A DNA stretch of 35,588 bases, from IMG/VR virus record IMGVR_UViG_3300038679_000136, positions 1 through 35,588 of that record. One strand, 5' to 3'. The position numbers and the translations under genes are program-made. Position 1 is the first letter of the stretch, and the number at the start of each line of letters is the position of its first letter. Below the pieces are notes generated by a model. That model was not told the origin of the DNA and searched no databases. It was given only the letters and a program-made list of their open reading frames with translations. The DNA is from a virus (taxonomy: Duplodnaviria; Caudoviricetes). Positions 8,911-17,124 of the stretch are shown here, in pieces.

Positions 8911-9539
8911 GCCGTCCTCCCTTCGCGTCCCTTCGCGCCCTTCGCGGTTCGGTCTTTTTCCGCGTCCACGTCTCCGTCTCCGCGCCGGTACTCCGCCATG
9001 CCGCGCAGCCAGGCCGTCTGCAGTTCGGGCTCCGTACCGCCCTGGTACGGGCAGCCGCCCGCGTCCTCTCCCCGCGCGGCGGCGATCGCGCCCGCCGCGA
9101 ACGCGTACAGGTTCGGAGGGCTGTCGGGGTCCGCCATCCGTTCCGCCCGCAGCGCCCGCGCGCCGGTGCAGACCGTGCGCTCGCAGGTGCCGCAGAGGAA
9201 GTCGCACTCCAGGTGCGCGCCCCGCGCCTCCGGGGCGGCTGTGCAGACCTTGCGCACGTACTCCTGGTACGCGGCCCGAGCCTCCGGGCACGCATGGGGT
9301 TCGCCCGGCGCGACCGCCCCGCCGCAGCGCTGGCACCGGCCCTCGTCGGCGCCCTCGGGCACCAGCACCGCCGCGATGCCGGTGGAGTCCCGGTACCACT
9401 GCGCCAGGGCGATGGCTACGGCCTGCGGGTACGAGTCCCCGAAATCCTCCAGCAGCGTCCACGCGGGCTCGCCCGAGTCCAGCACGCAGTCGAACGTCAC
9501 CCACCCCTCGCGCTGCCGTATCCTCGACCGCTTGCTCAT
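8907..9539 (-). CDS. Cys-rich protein with C-terminal Rmf-like motif
   Basis: CQRC...HAC and CDFLCGTC clusters, then AFAAGAIAAARGEDAGGCPY...AWLRG. Confidence 0.6.
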   Translation of the reverse strand: MSKRSRIRQREGWVTFDCVLDSGEPAWTLLEDFGDSYPQAVAIALAQWYRDSTGIAAVLVPEGADEGRCQRCGGAVAPGEPHACPEARAAYQEYVRKVCTAAPEARGAHLECDFLCGTCERTVCTGARALRAERMADPDSPPNLYAFAAGAIAAARGEDAGGCPYQGGTEPELQTAWLRGMAEYRRGDGDVDAEKDRTAKGAKGREGRTA

Positions 9540-9961
9540 GCCGGCACCGCCTTCCCCGCCGCCAGAGCCTTCAGCGCTCCGTCGGTCGCCCTGGCCATCG
9601 CCCAGCCGACGCGGAAATCTTCGCTTGCGGTCCGCTCGGCCATGGCCTCCCAGGCCTCGACGGTCGCGTACGCAGGCCGCGCGGCCAATGCCGCCGCCAT
9701 GCCGTAGCGCGAGTTCCATGCCCGCGCGGCGGAGTCGCGCGTGTCGGCGATCGCCATCGCGATTGCTGGACACCCCGTGCCCCGTTGCCTGTGGGCTTTG
9801 GAGTCGTGCGAGCATTCCGCCACCCAGTACTCCTCATCGATGTACGGCGGATCGGCGTCCACGCGCCGCATCGTCCCCTTCTCTCCGCAGAACGGGCACT
9901 GCAGCAAGCTCACGCGCGTCCCCTCTTTTGCCTTCATCCTTCTGCCTTCATCCTTTCTCAT
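9536..9961 (-). CDS. Lar family restriction-alleviation-like protein 1
   Basis: LLQCPFCG...C...C...AARAWNSR. Start inferred from an ATGA overlap. Confidence 0.7.
   Translation of the reverse strand: MRKDEGRRMKAKEGTRVSLLQCPFCGEKGTMRRVDADPPYIDEEYWVAECSHDSKAHRQRGTGCPAIAMAIADTRDSAARAWNSRYGMAAALAARPAYATVEAWEAMAERTASEDFRVGWAMARATDGALKALAAGKAVPA
9926..9955 (+). repeat. Heptamer tandem repeat, family A
   Basis: TTTTGCC TTCATCC TTCTGCC TTCATCC at the 5' end of the Lar-1 gene. Confidence 0.8.
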
Positions 9962-10152
9962 GCTTCCACCTCGATCCCCTGCTCCGCCATCCGCCGCGCC
10001 AGGCGGCGCGAGGGCTGCTCGCCCGTCACGTGGCGGCGCACCTGCGTGTCGCTCACGCCCAGGACGCGCGCCGCCGCCCGCAGCCCCGTCCACTTCTCCG
10101 TCATCCGCCGCCGGATCACCGGCGCGGCGGCCGCGCTTCGTTTCGTTCCCAT
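9958..10152 (-). CDS. Small Cro/Ner-like HTH regulator
   Basis: GLRAAARVLGVSDTQVRRHVTGEQPSRRL, near the start of the early operon. Confidence 0.7.
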   Translation of the reverse strand: MGTKRSAAAAPVIRRRMTEKWTGLRAAARVLGVSDTQVRRHVTGEQPSRRLARRMAEQGIEVEA

Positions 10153-10208
10153 CGTGTTCACCTGCCTTCTTGTTTGTGGTAAGCTCCCCCGCGAAGGAGA
10201 GACAGCCC

Positions 10209-10661
10209 ATGACCGTCGAGGAAATCCTCAAGTCCCGCTCCTGCGGGCCGCGCTTCACGAGCCTGCTTGCGGAGGTTGGCTCATGCGCCTACCCGGGCAA
10301 GTGGCCCGCATCGCGAACGCGCATCCTGGCTCGTCTTCGAACGATAGACGGGCAAACACAGGGCACCCTAGACACGTTTGCCACGGAACCCCATGCGCTT
10401 CCGTCCATTCCCTCATGGGGCGCACCCGAGCGGTACATGCTGAAACATCGGCTTCTGAACGCTCTAGATATTCTCTCGCGCCTTGCATACTCATCACCTT
10501 CCGAGGGACTGCTCCGCACGACGGGAGGCCTGAAGGAGGAAGACGACTGGCTGTTCCGGGGACTGTGGTACGCGTTCGGATCGATCTGGATGGAGCGCCT
10601 TGCGGAGAGCCTGTCCCGCGGCCTGCCCCAGCCCCAGCCGCCTCCATCGCCTCCGGCCTGA
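10209..10661 (+). CDS. Hypothetical protein (150 aa) oriented against the early operon
   Basis: AAGGAG RBS plus ATG, protein-like composition, and visibly more A/T than neighbours. Confidence 0.6.
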   Translation: MTVEEILKSRSCGPRFTSLLAEVGSCAYPGKWPASRTRILARLRTIDGQTQGTLDTFATEPHALPSIPSWGAPERYMLKHRLLNALDILSRLAYSSPSEGLLRTTGGLKEEDDWLFRGLWYAFGSIWMERLAESLSRGLPQPQPPPSPPA

Positions 10662-10905
10662 CGGACGCGCGCCGGTTCCATTCGCGCACCGCGCCCTCGA
10701 CGGTTTTCGAGGCCGACGCCGACGCGCCGCACGCCCGGCACCGGCAAACCGCCGGAGTCGGATTCATGGCCGCCATCACGTCGGCGCTCCCGCCGCAGAA
10801 CGGGCAGGCCAGCATCGACGCCAAGAGCGCCGTCTCGCGCGCCAACTCGGCGCGTGTCGCTGGCAGAGGTCCCCTGTCCACCGCCGTATTCGCTTTCTTC
10901 TTCAT
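10255..10905 (-). CDS. Lar family restriction-alleviation-like protein 2 (alternative start 10974)
   Basis: LACPFCGG...CRACGA...AVREWNRR. The tail beyond about 10660 is antisense to another ORF and doubtful. Confidence 0.65.
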   Translation of the reverse strand: MKKKANTAVDRGPLPATRAELARETALLASMLACPFCGGSADVMAAMNPTPAVCRCRACGASASASKTVEGAVREWNRRASVRPEAMEAAGAGAGRGTGSPQGAPSRSIRTRTTVPGTASRLPPSGLPSCGAVPRKVMSMQGAREYLERSEADVSACTARVRPMREWTEAHGVPWQTCLGCPVFARLSFEDEPGCAFAMRATCPGRRMSQPPQAGS

Positions 10906-11003
10906 TTCCTGTCTCCCTTGCAGGACGATGGTCCCCTGCGGGACGACGCCGCACTCAAAAGCTACCTTCTTCATTCCCTGTCTCCTTCGCTTGTGGTATG
11001 TTG

Positions 11004-11016
11004 CAACCACTGGTTG
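11004..11016. promoter_or_regulatory. Putative repressor/Ner operator
   Basis: Perfect CAACCA-C-TGGTTG dyad just downstream of the early promoter. Confidence 0.5.
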
Positions 11017-11030
11017 TTTCAACGGCGGGC

Positions 11031-11059
11031 ATATTAGTAAGCGGAGGTTGCTGTGTCAA
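11031..11059 (-). promoter_or_regulatory. Sigma70-type early promoter
   Basis: Minus strand TTGACA (11059-11054), 17-nt spacer, TAATAT (11036-11031), pointing into the early operon. Confidence 0.75.
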
Positions 11060-11532
11060 CGGAAAAAGCAAGTGGAAGTGATTTTTTCCGAAGGCTAGAT
11101 GAACTGCGCAAGTTGCACGGGGAATCATTGACCGACGTGGCTGCGGTATGCGGCGTGTCGGCGCCGGCTGTTCATGGGTGGCGCAAGGGAGGGATGCCCA
11201 AGCTGGATAAGCTGCGCTTACTTGCCGACCACTACCGTTGCGATGTCGGCTATTTTCTTGGTCATCCGGGCATTAGAACTGTGCCCGCAGACGAGCCGGG
11301 CGTAGTGGTTTCAGGTTCTAACTCCGTCGTGCCTGTATCTTCGCCATCGCCCGTGGCCGAGTCGCCACCCTGCCCCGGATGCAGGACGCGCGACGGCGAG
11401 ATCGCGTACTTGCGCGGAGTCGTCGCGGACCAGGCCGCCGCGCTCCGGGCCGTCACGGCCGGCGTCTGCCGCCACCCGCAGGGCGCCGAGGGGCCTACCG
11501 CCGGTGGCGGCGCCTTGCAGAAAACTGGATGA
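11053..11532 (+). CDS. XRE-family prophage repressor, no S24 peptidase domain seen
   Basis: RLDELRKLHGESLTDVAAVCGVSAPAVHGWRKGGMPKLDKLRLLADHY. GGAGG then GTG. Divergent from the early operon. Confidence 0.85.
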   Translation: MSTEKASGSDFFRRLDELRKLHGESLTDVAAVCGVSAPAVHGWRKGGMPKLDKLRLLADHYRCDVGYFLGHPGIRTVPADEPGVVVSGSNSVVPVSSPSPVAESPPCPGCRTRDGEIAYLRGVVADQAAALRAVTAGVCRHPQGAEGPTAGGGALQKTG

Positions 11533-11579
11533 CCGTTCGGCGCTAGTCGACAACAACCGCAGCCAAAGGCAAACCAACT

Positions 11580-12233
11580 ATGCAAAAGTCGCATCTACTG
11601 GTCGCTGTCGTCGCGTCGGTCCTATGGTCAGAAGCGGCGCTCGCCGACCTGTTTACTCTCACGAATGGGGTGGTCGTGGCAGGCACGGTCGTATCTGGAA
11701 TGGTGGCTCAAGTGGCGATTCGCGATGGCGACGGAACGATACGAACTATTCCGGTCTCCGCGTTTAATCCGCCAGACAGAGAGCGTCTGCCGTGGGACGC
11801 GGCCGGCATTTATGTCGCGTACGCGGAAGTGCGAGACGTGGCAAAAACGGCGATGGCGGAGAACGAGAAGCTCCTGTCTGAAATGACACTGTTGAAGGGC
11901 CATATGGAGAAGCTGTCCGCTGCCACGGAACGGCTGACGGCGGCGATGGCGGAACCCAAGCAGGGATCTGCGACGGCTTCCGCTCGGGAAGTCTCTCGCA
12001 GCGCAGGCTACGTCAACGTCGCATGGAAAGCCGAGATCCCGAACCAAGAACCAGAAGCGATCAAACGTGACGTGGTCTTTCGGTTCTTGGACGAAGACGG
12101 GTTCGTCGTGAAGTCAGAACGAGAATATGACGTCGTTTTGAGTCCGGGAGTAACCAAGGTCGCTCAAGTGACGATCATCAAGGCTGACGTCTACGATCAA
12201 GTGAAGACGTGCGACGTTCTGGTCGAGGAATAG
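11580..12233 (+). CDS. Exported protein (signal peptide, coiled coil, beta-rich C-terminus), lysogenic cargo
   Basis: MQKSHLLVAVVASVLWSEAALA|D. Lies between the repressor and a terminator, with lower GC by eye. Confidence 0.7.
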   Translation: MQKSHLLVAVVASVLWSEAALADLFTLTNGVVVAGTVVSGMVAQVAIRDGDGTIRTIPVSAFNPPDRERLPWDAAGIYVAYAEVRDVAKTAMAENEKLLSEMTLLKGHMEKLSAATERLTAAMAEPKQGSATASAREVSRSAGYVNVAWKAEIPNQEPEAIKRDVVFRFLDEDGFVVKSEREYDVVLSPGVTKVAQVTIIKADVYDQVKTCDVLVEE

Positions 12234-12268
12234 CGACCCATTACTGCTTGATAAAAACACTCCACTTC

Positions 12269-12302
12269 GCCCCCTTGCAGGCCACCTGCAAGGGGGCTTT
12301 TT
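12269..12302 (+). terminator. Intrinsic terminator of the repressor operon
   Basis: Perfect 13-bp stem GCCCCCTTGCAGG-CCA-CCTGCAAGGGGGC followed by TTTTT. Confidence 0.85.
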
Positions 12303-12494
12303 CGCGCCGTGGCAGAGTCCGCACCGTGACGCGCGCGGCAGGGTCCGCACGCTGCCGCCGCGGCACGGTTCGCACTCCGACGCCGTGGTTGGGTGCCCGG
12401 GCCGACGCCGCGGCAGTGTCCGCGCGCCGCCCCGGAATCCCGCGTTTTCCTTCGGAAAACAGCGCGTGGCGAGGTCCCGACCCTGCCCAAAATA

Positions 12495-12531
12495 CGTTGT
12501 GACAACGCAAATGCGACAGTCTGTCGCATTT
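12495..12531. promoter_or_regulatory. Two adjacent perfect dyads upstream of the late operon
   Basis: CGTTGT-G-ACAACG (12495-12507) and AAATGCGACAG-T-CTGTCGCATTT (12509-12531). Confidence 0.5.
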
Positions 12532-12836
12532 CCGTGCGCGCGCGCGCGCGCGAGGCTGGCCGCTTTTCCGACCCCCGGAAAATAGTCCGCACGCACGGCA
12601 CGCAGGCGCGCGCGCAGGGATGGAAAGGAGGCAAGATGGGCGGCATCGCAACGCAGCATTGCAACGCGGCACGCCCCACGCCCATGAGAGCCCTACCCCA
12701 CACCCCACACACTCGCTCGACATCGGCCCGGACGGGCCACGCCGGGCCGCGCGGTCCTGTCTCCCGCGCGCATCCCGCCGGTTCGCGCCGGTCCCTGCCC
12801 GGGGAGGACGCCATCGGCGCCTCGGGATTCCTTTTC

Positions 12837-12871
12837 GATTTCGGATCGCGGATTGCAGATCGCAGATTGGG
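12837..12871 (-). repeat. Heptamer tandem repeat, family B (reverse orientation)
   Basis: GATTTCG GATCGCG GATTGCA GATCGCA GATTGGG, just before the first late gene. Confidence 0.75.
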
Positions 12872-12880
12872 GAACGCCGC

Positions 12881-13249
12881 ATGAACTACACGCCTCCCGT
12901 GGAAATCGCCGCGTTCCTGGCCTGCGTCCTGTTCCTGGTCGCGTTGGCGAACCAGGTCGCGACCCTGTGGTACCGGATCAAGGGCAAGCCCACGCCCGCC
13001 GAAATGGCGTCGGCCTCCGCCACGCTCTCGGAGCGGATCGGGCGGATCGAGACCTGCATGGGCGCGTGCCAGTCGGACCACGGGCGGCGGCTGTCGAACC
13101 TGGAGTCGCACCAGGAGAACGCCCGCAAGCTGATCGCCGACGAGGTCGACAAGGTCTTCAACCGCGTCAACAACGTGGCCGACGAGTGCGCCAACATCCG
13201 CGGCGAGCTCACGGGCATCAACCGCCAACTCGAAAGGCTCGGCAAATGA
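12881..13249 (+). CDS. Membrane-anchored coiled-coil protein (Mu gp25/DUF2730-like position)
   Basis: N-terminal TM segment then heptad-like helix. Precedes the gp26/gp27-like genes. Confidence 0.65.
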   Translation: MNYTPPVEIAAFLACVLFLVALANQVATLWYRIKGKPTPAEMASASATLSERIGRIETCMGACQSDHGRRLSNLESHQENARKLIADEVDKVFNRVNNVADECANIRGELTGINRQLERLGK

Positions 13250-13494
13250 GCGACATCGACTCCGACCTTTCCCAGGCCATCGTCACCGTGCTCAAGGAAT
13301 GCGCCGGCAAGCCCCTGGCCGTCCGCCCGCTGACGACCTACGCGAACGGGTACAGCCGCGCGCTGGCCTCCGTCGCGGACGTGCAGCGCCACGTCGACGA
13401 CCTGGAGCGCCGCGGCTACCTGCGGCGCGTGGCCGACCGCTTCAACCCGTCCAACCTCTCCTGGACCCTCACCGAAGCCGGCCAAGCCCTTTAG
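13246..13494 (+). CDS. Small winged-helix protein (Mu gp26-like)
   Basis: DVQRHVDDLERRGYL...WTLTEAG. ATGA overlap and synteny. Confidence 0.65.
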   Translation: MSDIDSDLSQAIVTVLKECAGKPLAVRPLTTYANGYSRALASVADVQRHVDDLERRGYLRRVADRFNPSNLSWTLTEAGQAL

Positions 13495-13523
13495 CCTTTA
13501 GCCTTCAGCCTTCATCCTTTCCC
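13490..13523 (+). repeat. Heptamer tandem repeat, family A
   Basis: TTTAGCC TTTAGCC TTCAGCC TTCATCC TTTCCC fills the whole stop-to-ATG gap. Confidence 0.8.
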
Positions 13524-14090
13524 ATGAACCAGAAACCCTCCCCCCTCGCGGCCCTGGCCGCGATCACCCCCGAGCAGGCGGACGAGCTCTTCGACCGCCT
13601 GCGCACCGCGCCGTACTACGCGGCCGTGGCGTGGGTGGCGGAGACGTGGGGGATGAGCGTCTCCATTTCGGGACTGCGCCGCTGGTGGCTGCGCGAGAGC
13701 TCGGCCCGGGCGAGGGCCGACCTGCGCGCCGCGATCCGCGCCTCCGAGCAGTTCGACAAGGACCTCGACGCCCGGGCGCTCGACCAGCGCGCGGCCCACG
13801 CGATGCGCGCCAAGTTCTGGCAGGCGGTGACCTCCGGCGACAAGAAGGCCACGCTCGACTTCGGCGCGGCGGTCCTGGACTACAACGCGGACGGCCGCGA
13901 CGACGAGAAGCTCCAGCGCGTGCTGGCCGCGGAGCGGGAACGCGACGCCGCCAAGGCCGAGGCGTCCGCGCTGCGGGCCCGCGTCTCCGAGCTGGAGGCC
14001 GCGCTGGCCGCGGCGGGCCGCGACTCCGCCGCGGACCCCAAGGCCGTCATGGCCGAGGTGGACCGCATCCTGGGGAGGAAGACGGCATGA
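13524..14090 (+). CDS. Terminase small subunit-like (Mu gp27/DUF3486-like)
   Basis: N-terminal HTH-like WVAETWGMSVSISGLRRW, helical, directly before TerL. Confidence 0.65.
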   Translation: MNQKPSPLAALAAITPEQADELFDRLRTAPYYAAVAWVAETWGMSVSISGLRRWWLRESSARARADLRAAIRASEQFDKDLDARALDQRAAHAMRAKFWQAVTSGDKKATLDFGAAVLDYNADGRDDEKLQRVLAAERERDAAKAEASALRARVSELEAALAAAGRDSAADPKAVMAEVDRILGRKTA

Positions 14091-15535
14091 GCGCCACCGC
14101 CACAGCCGCGGCAGCCGCGGGCTCCTACTTCCTCCCGTACCAGGACCGCTGGATCGCCGACGAGGCGCGGCTCAAGATCGCGGAGAAGTCCCGCCGCGTG
14201 GGCTTCACCTACGCGAGCAGCTACCGCATGTTCAAGAAGTGCATGGAGCGCGGCGACGGGTACATCCAATGGGTGTCGAGCCGCGACCAGTTCACCGCCC
14301 AGGAGCTGATCCGGGACTACGTCGCCCGCTGGTGCCGCCTGGCCAACGTCGCCGCCAAGGGGATGCACGGCGACAACGTGCAGGTCTTCGACACCGCGCG
14401 GGACATCCGCGCCTTCGTGTGCCAGTTCCCGAACGGCGCGCGCATCGTCTCCCTGGCCAGCACGCCGGAAGTCTTCGCGGGCAAGGGCGGCGACGTGTTC
14501 CTCGACGAGGTGGACCTGCACAAGGATTCCGGGCGCCTGGTGGACATGGCGCTGCCCTGCGTCACCTGGGGCGGGCAGCTCGAAATGGTCAGCGCCTACC
14601 GCGTGGACGGCTCCGCCAAGACGCCCTTCGCGCAGATGGTCGCCGAGGCCAAGAACGGCAACAAGCAGGGCGCGTCCCTGCACCGCGTGACGATCCACGA
14701 CGCGGTGGCCGAAGGCATCGTCGAAAAGATAAACGAGGCCAGCGGGCAAACGATGACGCGCGAGGCGTTCGTCGTCCGCATGCGCGGGCTCTGCCGCACG
14801 CTGGCCGCGTGGATGAGCCAGTACGAGTGCGTCCCCCAGGACGCCGGCGGGCGGCTGCTGCCCTTCGCCGAGATCGCCGCCTGCGAGATGGACGCCGTGG
14901 AACTCGCCGCGCTGCTCGCGGCCAACCCGAAGGCGCCGCGCTTCGCGGGCTACGACGTCGCCCGGCGCGTCCACGCCTGCGCCTGGCACGAGTACGCGCA
15001 GGTCGGCGTCACGCTCTTCCTCGCCCGGCGCGAAGTCTTCCGCGACATGAAGTTCGACGACCAGGAGAACTGGATCCGCTCCCGGCTGGAGGACAAGGCC
15101 CAGCCCCGGATCGCCCGCATGGCCATCGACGCGACGGGCCTCGGCATGCACATGGCCGAACGGCTTTCCGGGGACTACCCCGGGCGGGTCGACGCCGTGA
15201 ACCTCGAAAGCCACCGCCGCCACGAGCTCTGCCTGATGCTGGCCGACCGCGTGCAGCGCCGCCAGGTCGCGTTCCCGCCGGACGACCAGCTCCGCGCGGA
15301 CCTCAACGCGCCGCTCAAGACCGTCGCCGCCAACGGGGCGCTGCGGATCGAGGTGCCCAGCTTCTCCTCGGCGGACGGCGAGGTCTCGCACGCCGACGAG
15401 TTCATGGCCGCCGTGCTCGCGCTGAGCGCGGCGGATTCCGCCCCCGCCGGCGCGCCCCCCACCGTCGCCCGCTGCGCCTCCGTCCGCCGCCACGCGGCGC
15501 GCGAGGCCCGCCGCAACCGGAGCATGGCAGCATGA
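14087..15535 (+). CDS. terL: Terminase large subunit (Mu gp28-like)
   Basis: FLPYQ, EKSRRVGFT, VFLDE, GYDVAR, IDATGLG and SHAD motifs. Confidence 0.93.
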   Translation: MSATATAAAAAGSYFLPYQDRWIADEARLKIAEKSRRVGFTYASSYRMFKKCMERGDGYIQWVSSRDQFTAQELIRDYVARWCRLANVAAKGMHGDNVQVFDTARDIRAFVCQFPNGARIVSLASTPEVFAGKGGDVFLDEVDLHKDSGRLVDMALPCVTWGGQLEMVSAYRVDGSAKTPFAQMVAEAKNGNKQGASLHRVTIHDAVAEGIVEKINEASGQTMTREAFVVRMRGLCRTLAAWMSQYECVPQDAGGRLLPFAEIAACEMDAVELAALLAANPKAPRFAGYDVARRVHACAWHEYAQVGVTLFLARREVFRDMKFDDQENWIRSRLEDKAQPRIARMAIDATGLGMHMAERLSGDYPGRVDAVNLESHRRHELCLMLADRVQRRQVAFPPDDQLRADLNAPLKTVAANGALRIEVPSFSSADGEVSHADEFMAAVLALSAADSAPAGAPPTVARCASVRRHAAREARRNRSMAA

Positions 15536-17124
15536 GCGCCCCCGCCCACAACAACCGCATGCTCCGCAACGCCAACACCTGGCGGCAGCAGTACGACGCG
15601 CTCCGCTGGCTCGACGTGCCGCGCGCCGTGCGCCTCCTGGAGCAGGAGCGCCGCGGCATCCACGCCGAGACGCAGTACACCTACGACCTCGTGGACAGCG
15701 TGGACCCCGACATGCTGGCCCTCATCCAGCTCCGCCTCGCCGCGATCAAGCGGCTCAAGTGGCGCGTCGCCTGCGCGGCGGAGGACACCGCCGGGTTCGA
15801 CAAGGTCCTCGCCGACGAGCAGGAGGAGGCGCTCCGCGCGCTCTACGACCGCATGCGGAACCTCGTCGCCGCCACGGCCGACCTCGCGCTCGCCACCTTC
15901 CGCGGCTACTCGGTCCTGCAGATCCGGCGCGACTCCGCGGGCGACCCTGTCTCGATCTGCCCGCTCGACCGCTGGCTGTTCGCCAGGGACGGCATGCGCG
16001 GCGACTGGTGGTGGAACCCCACCGCGCAGACGCTCGCCGGCCGGTCCCTGCCCGAGGCCGACCGCCTCGGCGGACCCGAGCTGCCGCTCGCGGACTTCGT
16101 GCTGCGCGAGGTGCCGTTCGCCGTGGACCGCGTGGCGCTCCTGGCCAGCGTCCGCAGCTCGACCGTCGAGAAGGACTGGGACGCCTGGTGCGAGATGTAC
16201 GGGCTCCATCCCTCCATCGTCACCGAGCCGCCCAACGCCAAGCCGGAGGACCGCCCCTCCTACGACGCCGCCGCGCGCGCCTTCAGCGACGGGCAGGGCG
16301 GGACGCTCCCCAACGGCGCCGCCGTCGTCTTCCCCAACTCCGTCACGGTGGACGCCCCGTTCGAGAAGCGCGCGGAGTACCTCACGCGGAAGAAGGTGCT
16401 GGCCGGCACCAGCGGCATGCTGACGATGCTGGCCGAGTCCGGCTCCGGAACGCTCGCGGGCGGCGCGCACCAGGACACGTTCGACTCGCTGGCCGAGGCC
16501 GAGGCCGCGGAGATCTCCGAGCTGCTCCAGCGCTCGATCGACGCGCCTTTCCTCACCGCCCGCTTCGCCGGGCGCCCGGTCCTCGCCTGGTTCGAGCTGC
16601 AGCCCCACCGCAAGAAGGACCCCGACAAGGTGGCCGACCGCGTCGCCAAGGTAGCCGCGCACTACGACTTCGACGCCGACGAGCTGACCGAGGAGCTCGG
16701 CCTCACCGTCACGCCGAAGGCGGTTGTCCCCGGGGGCGCGGGCGTCCCGCCCGCTCCCTCCCCGTTGGGCCTGGCCTTCGCCAACGGCGCCACGCTGCGC
16801 GCCGCCGTCAACAGCCGCGCGACCGCGCCCGCTCCGGCGGACGTCCCGGATCCCGACGACTTGGAGGGCGCGGCGGTCGAAGCGCTGGCCGAGGCCCGGG
16901 CCGAGGGACTCGCGCCCGTCGTCGAGCGGCTCCTGGACGCGCTGTCCAAGACCGATCCCGAGTCGCTCCGCAAAAGCCTCGCCTCGCTGCTGGCCGACCT
17001 GCCCCGCCTCGCGGAAGCGGCCGGCGCCGGCGCTGAGGCGGACGCCGAGCTCGTGGAGCGCATCCTCTCCGACGCCGTCGGGGCCGGCCACGCCGACGCC
17101 GCCAAGAAGGGAGCCACGCCGTGA
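15532..17124 (+). CDS. Portal protein (Mu gp29/DUF935)
   Basis: ATFRGYSVLQI, DWDAWCEMYG and GSGTLAGGAHQD. Follows TerL with an ATGA overlap. Confidence 0.88.
   Translation: MSAPAHNNRMLRNANTWRQQYDALRWLDVPRAVRLLEQERRGIHAETQYTYDLVDSVDPDMLALIQLRLAAIKRLKWRVACAAEDTAGFDKVLADEQEEALRALYDRMRNLVAATADLALATFRGYSVLQIRRDSAGDPVSICPLDRWLFARDGMRGDWWWNPTAQTLAGRSLPEADRLGGPELPLADFVLREVPFAVDRVALLASVRSSTVEKDWDAWCEMYGLHPSIVTEPPNAKPEDRPSYDAAARAFSDGQGGTLPNGAAVVFPNSVTVDAPFEKRAEYLTRKKVLAGTSGMLTMLAESGSGTLAGGAHQDTFDSLAEAEAAEISELLQRSIDAPFLTARFAGRPVLAWFELQPHRKKDPDKVADRVAKVAAHYDFDADELTEELGLTVTPKAVVPGGAGVPPAPSPLGLAFANGATLRAAVNSRATAPAPADVPDPDDLEGAAVEALAEARAEGLAPVVERLLDALSKTDPESLRKSLASLLADLPRLAEAAGAGAEADAELVERILSDAVGAGHADAAKKGATP

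Noticed and set aside
14585-14602. Terminase coupling motif reads VSA rather than (I/V)ST
   Set aside because: This motif varies among terminases and the other ATPase and nuclease motifs are intact, so it is not enough to claim anything.
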